From Gracilinanus agilis (taxonomy: Eukaryota), in the NCBI RefSeq assembly GCF_016433145.1, contig NC_058133.1:246571896-246635895 (forward strand): a DNA stretch of 64,000 bases, given 5' to 3'. Below are positions 25,918-38,637 of this stretch, in pieces. Within the stretch, counting starts at the first letter, position 1; each line of letters starts with the position of its first letter. A model generated the notes under the pieces. It made no database searches and had not been told where the DNA came from. It saw nothing but the letters and a program-made list of their open reading frames with translations. The position numbers and the translations under genes are program-made.

Positions 25918-27338
25918 ACAAATTAATTAATTAATCAATTCAGAATATTTTTACATAGTTACATGATTCATGATTTCTCTCACCCCTCTTCCCTTCCCCT
26001 CCCTGAACTGATAAGCAGTTCCACTGGGCTATACATATATCAGTGTTCAAAACCTATTTCCATATTATTCTTATTTGCAATAGAGTGATCTTTTAAAACC
26101 AAAATCCTAATCATATCCCCATCAAACCACATGATAGATCATGTATTTTTCTTCTGAGTTTCTGCTCCCACAGATCTTTCTCTGGATGTGGATGGCATTC
26201 TTTCTCATAAGTTCCTCTGGATTGTCCTGGGTCATTGCATTGTTGCTAGTAGAAAAGTCTATCACATTGAATTGTGCCATAATGTATCAGTCTCTATGTA
26301 CAATGTTCTCCTGGTTCTGCTCATTTCACTCTGCATCAATACCTGGAGTTCTTTCCTGTTCATAAAGAAATCCTCTAGTTCATCGTTCCTTTCGGCACAA
26401 TAGTATTCCATCACCTTTAGATACCACAATTTGTTCAGCCATTCCCCAATTGATGGATACTCCTTCGTTTTCCAATTTTTTTGCCACCACAAAGAATGCA
26501 GCTATAAATATTTTTGTACAAGTATTTTTCCTTATTATCTCTTTGGAGTACAAACACAGCAGTGGTATGGCTGGATCAAAGGGCAGACATTCTTTTAAAG
26601 CCCTTTGGGCATAGTTCCAAATTGCCCTCCTAAATGGTTGGATTCATTCACAATTCCACCAGCAATGTCCCAATTTTACCACATTCCTTCCAACATTTCA
26701 CTTTCCTTTGCTGCCATTTGGCCAATTTGCTAGGTGTGAGTTGGTACCTCAGAGTTGTTTTGATTTGCATTTCCCTAATGAAGAGGGATTTAGAGCACCT
26801 TTTCATATGCTTATTGATAGTTTTGATTTCTTCATGTGAAAACTGCCTATTCATATTCCTTGACCATTTGTCATTTTGGAAATGGCTTGATTTTTTGTAA
26901 ATTTGACTTAGTTCCTCATAGATTTAGAAAATTAAACCTTTGTCAGAGAGTTTTGTTATAAAAAAATTTCCCAGTTTGTTTCTTTCCTTCTAATTTTGGT
27001 AGCATTGGTTTTGTTTGTACAAAACCTTTTTAATTTGACAGTCAAAATCATCCATTTTACATGCATCTCTTGCTTGGTCTTAAATTCCTTCTTCTCCTAC
27101 ACATCTGACAGGTATACTATTCTATGTTTACCTAATTTGCTTATGATTTCACTCTTCGTATTTAAGTGATTTGTCCATTTTGAATTTATCTTGGTTTATA
27201 GGATGTGAGATATTGATATAAATTTGATTTTCTCCATACTGTTTTCCAATTTTCCCAGAAGTTTTTGTCAAATAAAGAGTTCTTGTTCCAAAAACTGGGA
27301 TCTTTGGGTTTATCAAACACAGTCTTGCTGAGGTCATT
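25918..27338 (-). mobile_element. 5'-truncated L1 (ORF2 C-terminus + 3' UTR)
   Basis: REMQIKTTLRYQLTP and YPSIGEWLNKLWY motifs; TSD AG(A/G)GTAAAGGCCTTTG at 25902-25917 and 27339-27354. Confidence 0.9.
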
Positions 27339-28391
27339 AGGGTAAAGGCCTTTGGCTCTGGCCCTGGGTAGAGGTCCTCTTTTTAGGATATTTTCATATT
27401 CCGATAAGTATATATTCTGACAAATTTAAAATCTAGTATAAGAAAGAATCAATAAGACTAAAGTCTAATGTAAAAAAATAATTTATTTAACCTCATCTAA
27501 TTACTCCTAATTGTATTATGTATTAAGATTAGTTAATTATCCTTAACTGACTATTCATATATACAGTCTGTTAATATAAAAGAAATAATTAATTCCCCTA
27601 TACAATCACATTAAACTAGATAACCCTGATTAGAACTTTGCATTGGGTTAAAATCATTGATTTAGTAATAAGGTTGCTATCAGCTCAGATTGGATAAGGA
27701 TCTAGGGGTCAAAGTCATTTCCTACATGTGGATGAATTTCATCAATTTGGGTTCAGCTTTTAGGCCAGAAGGAAGAGCTCCCTGCCAGAGAGAGGAGAGT
27801 CCTCTCTTCTCCTTGTACTTATGCCAAATCAGCTGCTTAGCTTTAAAAGGGAGCTACTTGGTTGGTTAGCAGCACTTCATCCTGAGGGAAGCAAGAGACA
27901 CTTCAAAAGAGACATAGAAGAGGTGTGTCTCTAGAAGACCCTAGGTACCTTATAATGGGTCAGGGGGACGGAGGATATTATTGGAAATTGTAAGAGACAA
28001 TCAATCTTCATCAACAGGAAACTTTAAGAGATGATGGATAATACACATAACTGTAGTCAAGAGGGCAAAAAAGAGCCAAATATTCATGTTAACATCCATC
28101 TACACAGCAGATAATATATTTGTTTGTCTCGAGTTTAGCTGTGTGACTTCATGAAGTCCTCTACTTTTGAGAAATATTTTTCCTTGGTGATGCTCAGCCT
28201 AAGATATCTGTCCTAAAACACTACCCATAAACTCACCAGTTTGGCCCACTTAACTTAAAGACACAATTCCTAATTGATTGTATTAATAACAAAAGTAAAA
28301 AAAAAAATCATATGATTATATCAATAGACAGAAAAAGTCTTTGACAAAATACAACACTCGTTACCATTAAAAACACTGGAAAGTATAGGTA

Positions 28392-29380
28392 TGTATAAAG
28401 TAAAAATTAATAATTAGAAGTGTATTATACACAATTATAGTTAGCATCAGGATTAATAGTAGTAGTGATAGTTTCTGATCAATTATCCCTGTAACTCTCC
28501 TATATAGATTAGTTCAGCTAGACCAGTGATGGGCAAACTTTTTAAAGAGGGGGCCAAAGGAAAGGAAATGTTCATCTGTCAGTCTGTTTCTAAGGCAACT
28601 CTTTCGAAGTTTCATTGTATTTTATCCTACTTATTATATTCATCAGATTAGGAATAATGTCTCACAGCCGGATAGAATATTTCAAGGGGTGGCATCTGGT
28701 CCATAGGCCTGTAGTTTGCCCATCACTGAGCTAGACCTTTCAGAGAAGAGAGAAAAGAAGTCTATCTCTATATAACAAACAATACAGATATCCTCTCCCT
28801 GACCTGAATAGACCTTTCCCAGATTTGACCCCCTTTAGTACTTTTTTATGTGACCAAACACCTCTCCTTTTCTTTGTTGTTGATTCTCAATTGACTTGCA
28901 ATCAGCATTTCAAGGGTTAATAAAATGAAGTCCTATAGAAAACTACCTTACAAAGAGTCCAATGAGGAGGCCATGGAACCTAAAAGATACAGCAAAACTC
29001 CTCTCTAGAAAATTGTTAAGAAGACTGTGGCTCTGGCCTTGCACATTCCTGAATTATGACTAAAATGGAGAAAGTGTTAATTTGAGAAAAACTCTCATGA
29101 TTCAGAGAGCCAGGAACCAATAAAGGGGTAAGGAGTATGTCAGATAAGAAGTTGATAACTCATAAACAAGTGATGATAACTAAAGGCACCATTGTATAGA
29201 TTTCTTACAAAATAAGGATTCTTTTTGTAAGCCAATGAACATAGCTGAGGTAAAACCCAGCAATGTTCCTTGTTGTCTGCTCTTTCTCTTATAAAGGCCT
29301 GTCAGCATCTTATCTAAGTTTCTTGTCTGCTCATTAGAATGATTTCTGGGGGTGCTAGACCCCCCTACCCGATCCAGACA
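28392..29380 (+). mobile_element. Solo LTR (ERV1-like, 4-bp TSD) containing a hAT MITE
   Basis: TGT...ACA ends; TSD GGTA at 28388-28391 and 29381-29384; removing it rejoins L1 ORF2. Confidence 0.85.
28524..28728. mobile_element. hAT MITE, 205 bp
   Basis: Perfect 16-bp TIRs CAGTGATGGGCAAACT / AGTTTGCCCATCACTG; perfect 8-bp TSD AGCTAGAC. Confidence 0.95.
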
Positions 29381-32300
29381 GGTATAAGTGGATTATTTTC
29401 TTAAAATGATACAAATAATCCACCTAAAGTCATCAGCAAGTATGGTTTGTAATGGGGATAATAAGCTAGATAAGCCTTACAAAGAAGATCAAGAGTTAGA
29501 CAATTATGCCCATTATCATTGCTATAATTTAATATAATGTTAGAAATGCTAGCAATAGCAATAAGAGAAGAAAAATAAGTTGAGGGAATCATAATGGGCA
29601 AATAATAATAAAACTATCTCTGTTTGCAGGTAATATGATACCATATGTGGAAATACCTAGAGATTCAACTAAAATTTTAGTCAAAACTATTATTATTTTA
29701 GCAAAGTAGGAAGACATAAAATAAAGCCACATAATTCATCAGCATTGTTTAATTTATCACTAACAAAGTTCTTCAGGAGATAAAAAGTAACATCCAATTT
29801 AAAATAACCAGACAGAATAAAATACCCAGGAGTATACTTGCCAAAACAAACCAGATAATTACAGGAATATAATTATAAAATAATTTTTACACAAATGAAG
29901 TAAAATGTAAATATCCCGCAAAATACTGTCAGTGAGTAGATAGAGCCAATATAACTAAAATGACACTCCTACCTGAATTATTCTATTTATTCAATGCCAT
30001 CCCAATTAAATTACCAAAAAAAATTATTTTATTGATCTAGAAAAAATAAAAACAACTTTCATTTGGAAGAACAGAAGATCAAGAATACCAAATGAATTAA
30101 ATTTTAAAATATAAAGGAAGAAAGTCTAGCATAACTGGATTTTAAATTGTATTATAAAGCAGTAATTATCAAAACTGTCTGGTATTAACTAATAAATATA
30201 AAGCATATAAAGAAAACAAAGTGTAACAGAACAGACATAAAACAAACAGTAATAATAAAAGATCAGAGTAACCTATATTTGGCCAAAGTATAGATCCAAG
30301 TTTTGGGGATAAGAATTCACAATTTGGTAAAAATTACTGGGACAACTAGAAAGTAGTTTGGCAGAAACTAGGTATAGACCAATATCTTATAACATTCATT
30401 AAAATATGATCGATATTGACACATGCCCTAAACATAAAAGGAGATATCAAGCAAATTAGAAGAACAGGGGAAAACACCCAATCAGATTTGTGGATAGGAA
30501 AAGAATTTGAGTAAACAGGAGATGGAGAACATTGTAAGATATAAAATGTGTAATTTCGATTACATCAAATCAAAAAGTTCCTGTACAAATGAAACAAATG
30601 TAACCAAGATTAGTAGGAAAGAAGAAAATCAGGGGTAAATTTTTAATGAGCAATTTCTCAGATAGAGGGTTCATACCTAAAACATATAGAGAATTTTGTT
30701 GAGAATAAAAGTCATCTCTCAATTGATAAATGGGCAAAAGATATGGACAGATAGAATAAAGAAATAAATTTCTTGAATAAAGAAATAAAATCATAGGTAT
30801 ATGAAAAAATGCTCATATAATAGGTATATGAAAAATGTCCTAAATCACTATTAATCAGAGAAATACAAATCAAAACAATTTTGAGATATCATCTCACACC
30901 TCTCAGATTGGCTAACATGATGATAGGGCAAAACGCATTGTTGAAGGGGGTGTAGAAAAATGGGGACACTAATCACTACTGGTGAAGAGTAATTTGGAAT
31001 TACGCCAGATTTATAAAACTATGTATACCCAAGGAGATCAATGGAAAAGAAAAAGAACCTCTAAGTTTCAAGATATTTATAGCAACTCTCTTTGTGGTAG
31101 CAAAGAACTAGAAACTGAGGGGATGTCAACTGGGTAATGGCTGGAAAAATTGGGATTTATGATTGTGTTCGAATATTATTGCACTATAAGAAAGGATGAG
31201 CAGGTTGATTTCTTTAAAACTTGGAAAGATCCACATGAAATAAGAGCAACACGAGGAGAACCAAACAACATAGCTATAGAATTAACATTTGAAGAATAAC
31301 AATTCATATTATATACATGTCTTTTTGTCAATTGATACCTTGGGAAGGGTGAGGCTGAAATACCTGGGAATAAATTCTATTAAATAAATTAATTAGCATT
31401 TTTTTTTAAATGGATCCATGAGTCAACATCTTGAATATTTTTATCGTGGTATATGTTAACAATACCTGGAAGGGACTTTTCCATTTTGTTTCCAGGGTAG
31501 ATTTGTAGAAATGTTTCACAAATTCCATAGGTTACAAGTCAGGAAATGCCCCTTTCGGTGATTCCCTAGGTAGTGAAACAAACCTGCTCAGAATAAGAAA
31601 GTATAATTTAAGGCGGTATGACAAACCCTAATTGCATTGGTCTTCTGCAGTACTTATTTCGTGTGGTGAAAGCCACTGCAAGCAAAGAAATTAGCACAAT
31701 GGGGAAACTCAGTCAACAGGATTCAGCCATCACCTTCATAAGACTATCTTCTCTACCTTCTCAGCAATATACACCTATCTCTAAGATTAGCATTTGTTGG
31801 GGGCAAGATACTACTTCCGGTGATTATCTCCGGGCAATTTCCCTTTGATTTTGGTCTATTGACTTAACATTAGGTCAAGTGGTTATATCTTCTGATTGGT
31901 GTCCTTGAGTAGTCTATCCTCAGGCCAGTCAACCTTTCACTGAATTGTTAAATTTGACCTTCTGAAAGGGAGTCTGACCACATCACTCACATATTCAATA
32001 GGCTCTATTGGTTCTTATCCTCAGGATGAAATATAAAACCCTGACATTTTAAAGACCTCCATTAAAATTCCTATTTTTCCAACCTCCTTGCACCCTCGCT
32101 TCCCTCTGTACTCAGGATCGATGACATATACAAAGAGCGTGGCAAGCTACTTATTATTCTAGAAAATAAATTCAGAGATTAGAGGGATGCACTTTAAGGA
32201 AATGGCAAGCTGGGCAGGGGACGGCCAGTGCCCAGTGAGGCGGGTTCTGTCTCTGAAAGACCTACATCCATTCTTTCCTTCTAAGTATAAGAGATACATA

Positions 32301-32846
32301 ATTGTGTTCTAAGATTTGCGTGGGGAAGGGAGACCATAGTAAAAGTCACCTAAACGTGAAGACGAGATGTACAAAGTGGCTCGACTCTCCCCAAGGTCAA
32401 CCAGGGAAAAGCAGCAGAGGCAGGACAGGAATAGTAAGTAAACCGATTCTAAACGCAGCGCTTGGTTTATGTCCCGCTACCTTACTTGGCGCATGCCTAG
32501 TAGAGCTACGTCTATTCCCATAGTAGCTTTCCCGCTAGAGCCCCACCTCCACATGGGGCCTGTTTGCCCGTGGGACACAGAACCCGGTTCAGTTGTTTCT
32601 TAGCGGTAGGTTTAGGTCGTGTACAAGTGCTTGTGAGCAGGAATTGCTGCTACAACCCGCACGTTTTAGAACTTAGCAGGGTGTAAACAGAAATTGACAA
32701 AGAACGGCCCAGCACAATTTCTCTCCGAAAAAACTTAAGAGCGACATTTTCAACCCTCTCAACCGAAGTTGCGGGAACCCTTAAAGATGACTTCCCGAGA
32801 CGAGAAGCCAGTCTACGTACACAACTCTTTTAGTGACAAGGTGGGC

Positions 32847-32862
32847 GGCCCTAAAAAGGGCC
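32847..32862 (-). terminator. Histone 3' stem-loop of H4
   Basis: GGCCCT-TTTT-AGGGCC preceded by AAAA; HDE AAAAGAGTTG at 32822-32831. Confidence 0.93.
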
Positions 32863-32913
32863 TTTTGTTGTGGGTGCAGGAGGGACGGCAATCACAGGGA
32901 CCAAGCCAGCGGC

Positions 32914-33231
<318 letters not shown>

Positions 33232-33278
33232 TCAGACAGCGACAAGCTAAATCGGTACCCAGCCGCTGCCGACCACGC

Positions 33279-33325
33279 TATATATAGACAGCGGCCCATT
33301 CCGTTGGCGGACCTCTTTGAGAACA
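33279..33325 (-). promoter_or_regulatory. H4 promoter: TATA and H4-specific site II (HINFP-type)
   Basis: TATATATA at 33279-33286; TGTTCTCAAAGAGGTCCG at 33308-33325 resembles the vertebrate H4 element GTTTTCAATCTGGTCCG; GC box further upstream. Confidence 0.75.
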
Positions 33326-35612
33326 GGAAAGAGGCGGGGCAGACGGGAGGTGGGAGTCCATTCTGTGGGCGTGGTCTGCAGCTTACTCCTTCCCCAGAAG
33401 AAAGGGGAGTCTCACAGGAATCTTTCCCGATTTTTATTTTACCTCTTTGCTTTCTGGAGACCCGTGCCTTCAGTTCAATTCAGTTCTGTACTGATAACAT
33501 TCCCTTCGCTATCGTTTCGTCTGTTTTACCACTGGGTTTTGGGGGTTTGGGTTGTTTTTTTGTTTGTTTTTGGCAAAGACCTTTTTTTTTTTTTTTTTTT
33601 TTTTTGCTGTGAGAAAGTTGTTGAATAAAAGTCCTGCCTTTCCATAGCTTATTTTTATCATTCAGTCCCAACATCTGGGAAACGAGCGTGCAAACAAATA
33701 TAACTACGAAAAAAAAAACAAAGGAAAACTTTGGTCGATGGGTTCAAACAGGTCTCTCAGAGGAGGAGATTGCCAACAACGCCTTCCTCCCTGGTTCTCT
33801 CCCACTGTCTTTCACACCCACCTCCATCCAGCCATAGCTTTCCTTTTGAAAGATGGAGGAGGAATTGCATTGGGGGGAGGGGAAGAAGTTCAGGGATGGA
33901 GGAGAGCAGTCCTTTGACCCTTCTATTCACCTCTGACCTCTCCTTCCTTTCTCCCTGTCCAGTCCACCCGGAGCTGCTCTACAAATTCCAACCCCCAGGG
34001 CAATGCTGACCCCATCCCTTGACCAACACTTGCACACAGGCACACACAATCAGTTGTCAAGCTTAGTGTAGTTAGCCTACTTCCACATCTTCTGCAACAG
34101 GCCCACCCCACTTTGTGTTTGTGTTGACCTTTCTTAGATGACCACATGTTACACTCCTCACGTTTTCTGGGTGATTTAAAATGGCCTAACTGCTCTCTCT
34201 CCTTCAACTCCATCATTCTTCCTCTGTGTGTGTGTGTGCACCTGTACTACCATTTGTGGGGTCAGAGCAGCTAAAAATGTCTTGACTTCCTTTAATGGCT
34301 ATCTCACACTTCAAAAGCTGGTAGAAGCAACAAGGGCAACTGCTGTTCTGGATCCAAGAAGAAGGAACTGGTTGCTATGGGCTTTGGGGATGGGGAAAGG
34401 GAGAATGATGCACACCTTGGTGGAGATAATTGGGATCTTTAACAATTGCTGGTAGCGTAGAAAAGAAGAAAGCCAGCCTCAAACTTGGATTTTGAGAGAG
34501 AAGATTGCAAAGGTTTCAAAGAAAGGATGGAGAGGACCTGTTGACCTAAAGTTTCATTAGAGCACAAATGAGCCTAGGAGGAATGAATGAGTGGCTCCCA
34601 AGAATGAAACTCCTAAAGATGAAGAGAGGCCTCATTCTAATGAGGAAGAAAAGAGGAAGTTGTCAGAAAAGACCAGTGTGCATGCATAGGGAACTCCTTG
34701 ATGAGTTTAGGTTTAAAAAAAAAAAAAAAAAAAGACAGAAGATGGAAATAGGAGTAAAGAATGACTAATGAATTCAAAAAGTTTAAGAGATCTAATGTGT
34801 GCAATGAAGACTGGAGACCACTTCTGGCGTGCTGTGTCTGCTTCTGGGTTCTGGGTGACCAATTTTAGAAAGGTCAGTGACAAGCTTGACATCTTCAAGA
34901 GGAGGGAGGGGCCTGGGCCTAGAGATCTTTGGAAGACACAGAAGTTGTTTAGCTTGAAGGTTGTATGAATGCACATGTGGTGGGTGGGTGAGGTGGTGGA
35001 GAAGAAGGGACAGGGAGTCATTTAGGGAAATGGTACAGAGGAGGGGAAGGTCTGGTGGCACATGATAGCTTTGAACTCAGAGGGTGGTTTGGAGGAGTAA
35101 TTAGGTTTGTTCAGATGCAGAGAGGCAGACCTTGGCTTTTGTTGGTGGGGAAAAGTTAACCATTTGGAGCTATCCTTAAGTGCCACAGGGCTGCTTCTAG
35201 AGGTGATCTCCTTCTCCCCACCCCCACCCCCCCTTGGAGCAAAGACTGCAAGCCACTTATCTTTGCTCTGGTATAGTTTAGATTAGATGTCACCTGTGGT
35301 CCATTCCAGCTGGAATTTGTGAATTGCTTGGAAGGGGGAACTGAGGAAGCTACATCGTTGCCATAGTCCCCCCCCTCCCCCTTTTCCACCCATCACCCAC
35401 CCGCTTTCTGCCCACCGAGCCATCCCCATCAAAATCTAGGTCTTTCTTAGGCATTAAACCGCTTGAAATTCAACAGGTGGAACTTTCTATTCGTGGTCCA
35501 AGGACCTTCCAAAGCCCCTTGTGTCCTGAAGGGAGCTGCCTGTGTTGGAAGCAAAATCCTTCTTGCAGCATCTCATTCCCATGAATCCCTATGCCGAAAT
35601 GGCCTAAGAGCC

Positions 35613-36063
35613 TGTGCTACTTCCCTCCCCGAGAAACAGGATTTTCACGTAAATGTGAAGAGAATCTTTGTCGTTTTTGGATAAGTGAGAAGTCGAGTGT
35701 CCCTAGAACTATACCCTGGGGGAAAGGTCATGGGGAGTAAAAGGACAGCTCTCGAATTTGAAGGAAACACGGGGAGTAGTCTCAGTTTGACCTGAGTTTC
35801 ATGGATAGTTAGGGGGATTGGGAGAGGCTCAGAGCGCAATATTTGAGGTTGCAGCGAGAAGCCGAGCCGCACACGAACCCAGAGTCTTCTGACTTCAGGT
35901 TCGGATAGAAACAGCGCGATTGCGTGCCGGGGGTTTTTGTGTTTTTTCCCTTTTTTCGGGGGTAAGAAACACAACCGCGAAGCAGAGTCGAGTGGCTGTA
36001 AGAGACAGAGAAGGCGGGTTGCACCGCGAACCAATCACAGCGCGGCTCCCTTGTCTATATATA
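35613..36063 (+). promoter_or_regulatory. H1 promoter: TG box, H1/AC box, GC box, CCAAT box, TATA
   Basis: TGTGCTA 35613-35619; AAACACA 35967-35973; GGCGGG 36013-36018; CCAATCACAGCGCG 36031-36044; TATATATA 36056-36063. This is the standard vertebrate H1 element order. Confidence 0.88.
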
Positions 36064-36113
36064 CTCCCGGGCCCAGCGTCGTGGGCTATAGCGACTGTGG
36101 TGGTCTGTCTTTC

Positions 36114-36171
36114 TATTTTATTATTGTTATTATTATTATTATTATTATTGTTATTTTTTTTGGCCTCGTTC
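36114..36171 (+). repeat. (ATT)n microsatellite + T tract in the H1 5' UTR
   Basis: tattttattattgttattattattattattattattgttattttttt between the TATA box and the ATG. Confidence 0.9.
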
Positions 36172-36206
36172 TAGTTTTTCCTTTGGCCCAGTCGGAGCGC
36201 GAGACG

Positions 36207-36866
36207 ATGTCGGAGACTGCTCCCGCCGCCCCGGCCGCTCCAGCCCCCGCGCCGGCTGAGAAGACTCCAGTCAAGAAGAAGGCCAAGAAACCTGCCGGAG
36301 CCGGGGCAGCTCGGCGCAAGGCTGCAGGACCCCCGGTGTCTGAGCTGATCACCAAGGCGGTGGAAGCCTCCAAAGAGCGCAGCGGCGTGTCTCTGGCCGC
36401 CCTTAAGAAGGCGCTGGCGGCAGCCGGCTATGACGTGGAGAAGAATAACAGCCGCATCAAGCTGGGGCTCAAGAGCTTGGTGAGCAAAGGCACTTTAGTG
36501 CAGACCAAGGGCACCGGTGCTTCCGGTTCTTTCAAGCTCAACAAGAAGGCTTCTGCAGGTGAGGGCAAAGCTAAGGGCAAGAAAGCTGCTCCCGCCAAGG
36601 CCAAGAAGCCGGCTAGCGCTGCGGCCAAGAAGCCCAAGAAAGCTGCGGGGGCGGCAGCTGCCAAGAAAAGCGTAAAGAAGACGCCGAAGAAGGTCAAGAA
36701 GCCTGCTGCGGTGGGAGCCAAGAAGGCGACGAAGAGCCCAAAGAAGCCCAAAGCCGCCAAGGCGAAAAAAGTGGCCAAGAGCCCGGCTAAGGCCAAGCTG
36801 GTTAAGCCCAAGGGGGCTAAACCTAAGACAGCTAAGCCTAAGAAGGCAGCGCCGAAGAAGAAATGA
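36207..36866 (+). CDS. Linker histone H1, somatic main type (H1.2-H1.5/H1.4-like), 219 aa
   Basis: [12 protein letters not shown]..., globular domain [12 protein letters not shown]...GASGSFKL, Lys/Ala/Pro-rich tail with S/TPKK motifs. The true start is the ATG at 36207, not the upstream GTG in the ORF track. Confidence 0.96.
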   Translation: MSETAPAAPAAPAPAPAEKTPVKKKAKKPAGAGAARRKAAGPPVSELITKAVEASKERSGVSLAALKKALAAAGYDVEKNNSRIKLGLKSLVSKGTLVQTKGTGASGSFKLNKKASAGEGKAKGKKAAPAKAKKPASAAAKKPKKAAGAAAAKKSVKKTPKKVKKPAAVGAKKATKSPKKPKAAKAKKVAKSPAKAKLVKPKGAKPKTAKPKKAAPKKK

Positions 36867-36906
36867 AGGGTGCTACGGAAAAATTCCGCTTTTAGAAGCC
36901 TCAAAA

Positions 36907-36922
36907 GGCTCTTTTAAGAGCC
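36907..36922 (+). terminator. Histone 3' stem-loop of H1
   Basis: AAAA GGCTCT-TTTA-AGAGCC ACCCC; HDE AAAGAGCTT at 36941-36949. Confidence 0.95.
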
Positions 36923-37382
36923 ACCCCAAATTCTCAAGACAAAGAGCTTGTTTAACACGATACTTCCTGATCCTCTTCCCCCTTCCCACAGTTTCCCTAC
37001 ACTCTTGCCGCGGGGTGGGGGGCGCCAGGACAAATCAGTGCCTCTTTGGGAAAGAGAGACGCACCTTGGTTTTTCAAAAAGACCTCTTCCGTGCATGCGG
37101 CTCGCCAGCTTGGCTATAAAGAGAACCGCTTTTTTAGCATTTTCGAAGGCACTTCAGGCCCCAGAGCGCTCGGCTGAGGTTGTAAGATTCGGCAGTCTTG
37201 GGGCCAGAGAAATCCTGTGCTTGTCACTAATGAGCGAGGCGAAAGGCTGGGGGGGGGGGGGGTACTGAGACTGGGCTGCACGTGGAAACCCGAGACTTGT
37301 GCGTGCTTCATGTTGGGTAACACTACGAAGGGGAAGTGGGAATCGGGGCGTGTAACGGCCTTTTTTCTTGAAAAAATTGGGT

Positions 37383-37398
37383 GGCTCTGAAAAGAGCC
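37383..37398 (-). terminator. Histone 3' stem-loop of H2A copy 1
   Basis: GGCTCT-TTTC-AGAGCC ACCCA on the minus strand. The downstream purine tract AAGAAAAAAGGCC is a weak HDE match. Confidence 0.93.
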
Positions 37399-37437
37399 TT
37401 TGATGCCTGTGTCGGGGGCTAGTCTTCATGAACGCCT

Positions 37438-38564
<1,127 letters not shown>

Positions 38565-38576
38565 GCTCGGGCAGTG

Positions 38577-38612
38577 AAAACAAACAAACAAACAAACAAA
38601 CAAAAACAAAAC
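38577..38612 (+). repeat. (AAAC)n microsatellite in the H2B 3' UTR
   Basis: aaaacaaacaaacaaacaaacaaacaaaaacaaaa between the stop codon and the stem-loop. Confidence 0.9.
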
Positions 38613-38621
38613 TAACCCAAG

Positions 38622-38637
38622 GGCTCTTTTAAGAGCC
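38622..38637 (+). terminator. Histone 3' stem-loop of H2B
   Basis: GGCTCT-TTTA-AGAGCC GCCCA; HDE AAAGAGCTT at 38656-38664. Confidence 0.93.

Larger units (their letters stand above)
28258..31300 (+). mobile_element. Old L1 ORF2 (RT to C-terminus), interrupted by an LTR
   Basis: aatcatatgattatatcaatagac..aaaaagtctttgacaaaatacaac corresponds to [18 protein letters not shown]; heavily degraded; ends approximate. Confidence 0.8.

Noticed and set aside
35937-36206. 309-aa H1 ORF with an N-terminal hydrophobic poly-Ile extension
   Set aside because: It starts at a GTG upstream of the H1 box and TATA, so it lies outside the mRNA; the poly-Ile is just the (ATT)n repeat read in frame.
36428-36904. 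Long antisense ORFs over histone genes (also 18276-18644, 32833-33114, 37496-37681, 51726-52178, 36113-36373)
   Set aside because: Shadow frames caused by GC-rich codon usage and few antisense stops; no independent evidence.
37105-37145. CTATAAAG and a T-run in the CpG-rich gap between convergent H1 and H2A, as a possible small RNA gene
   Set aside because: No tRNA, snRNA or other recognisable structure or Pol III boxes found; a lone motif is insufficient.
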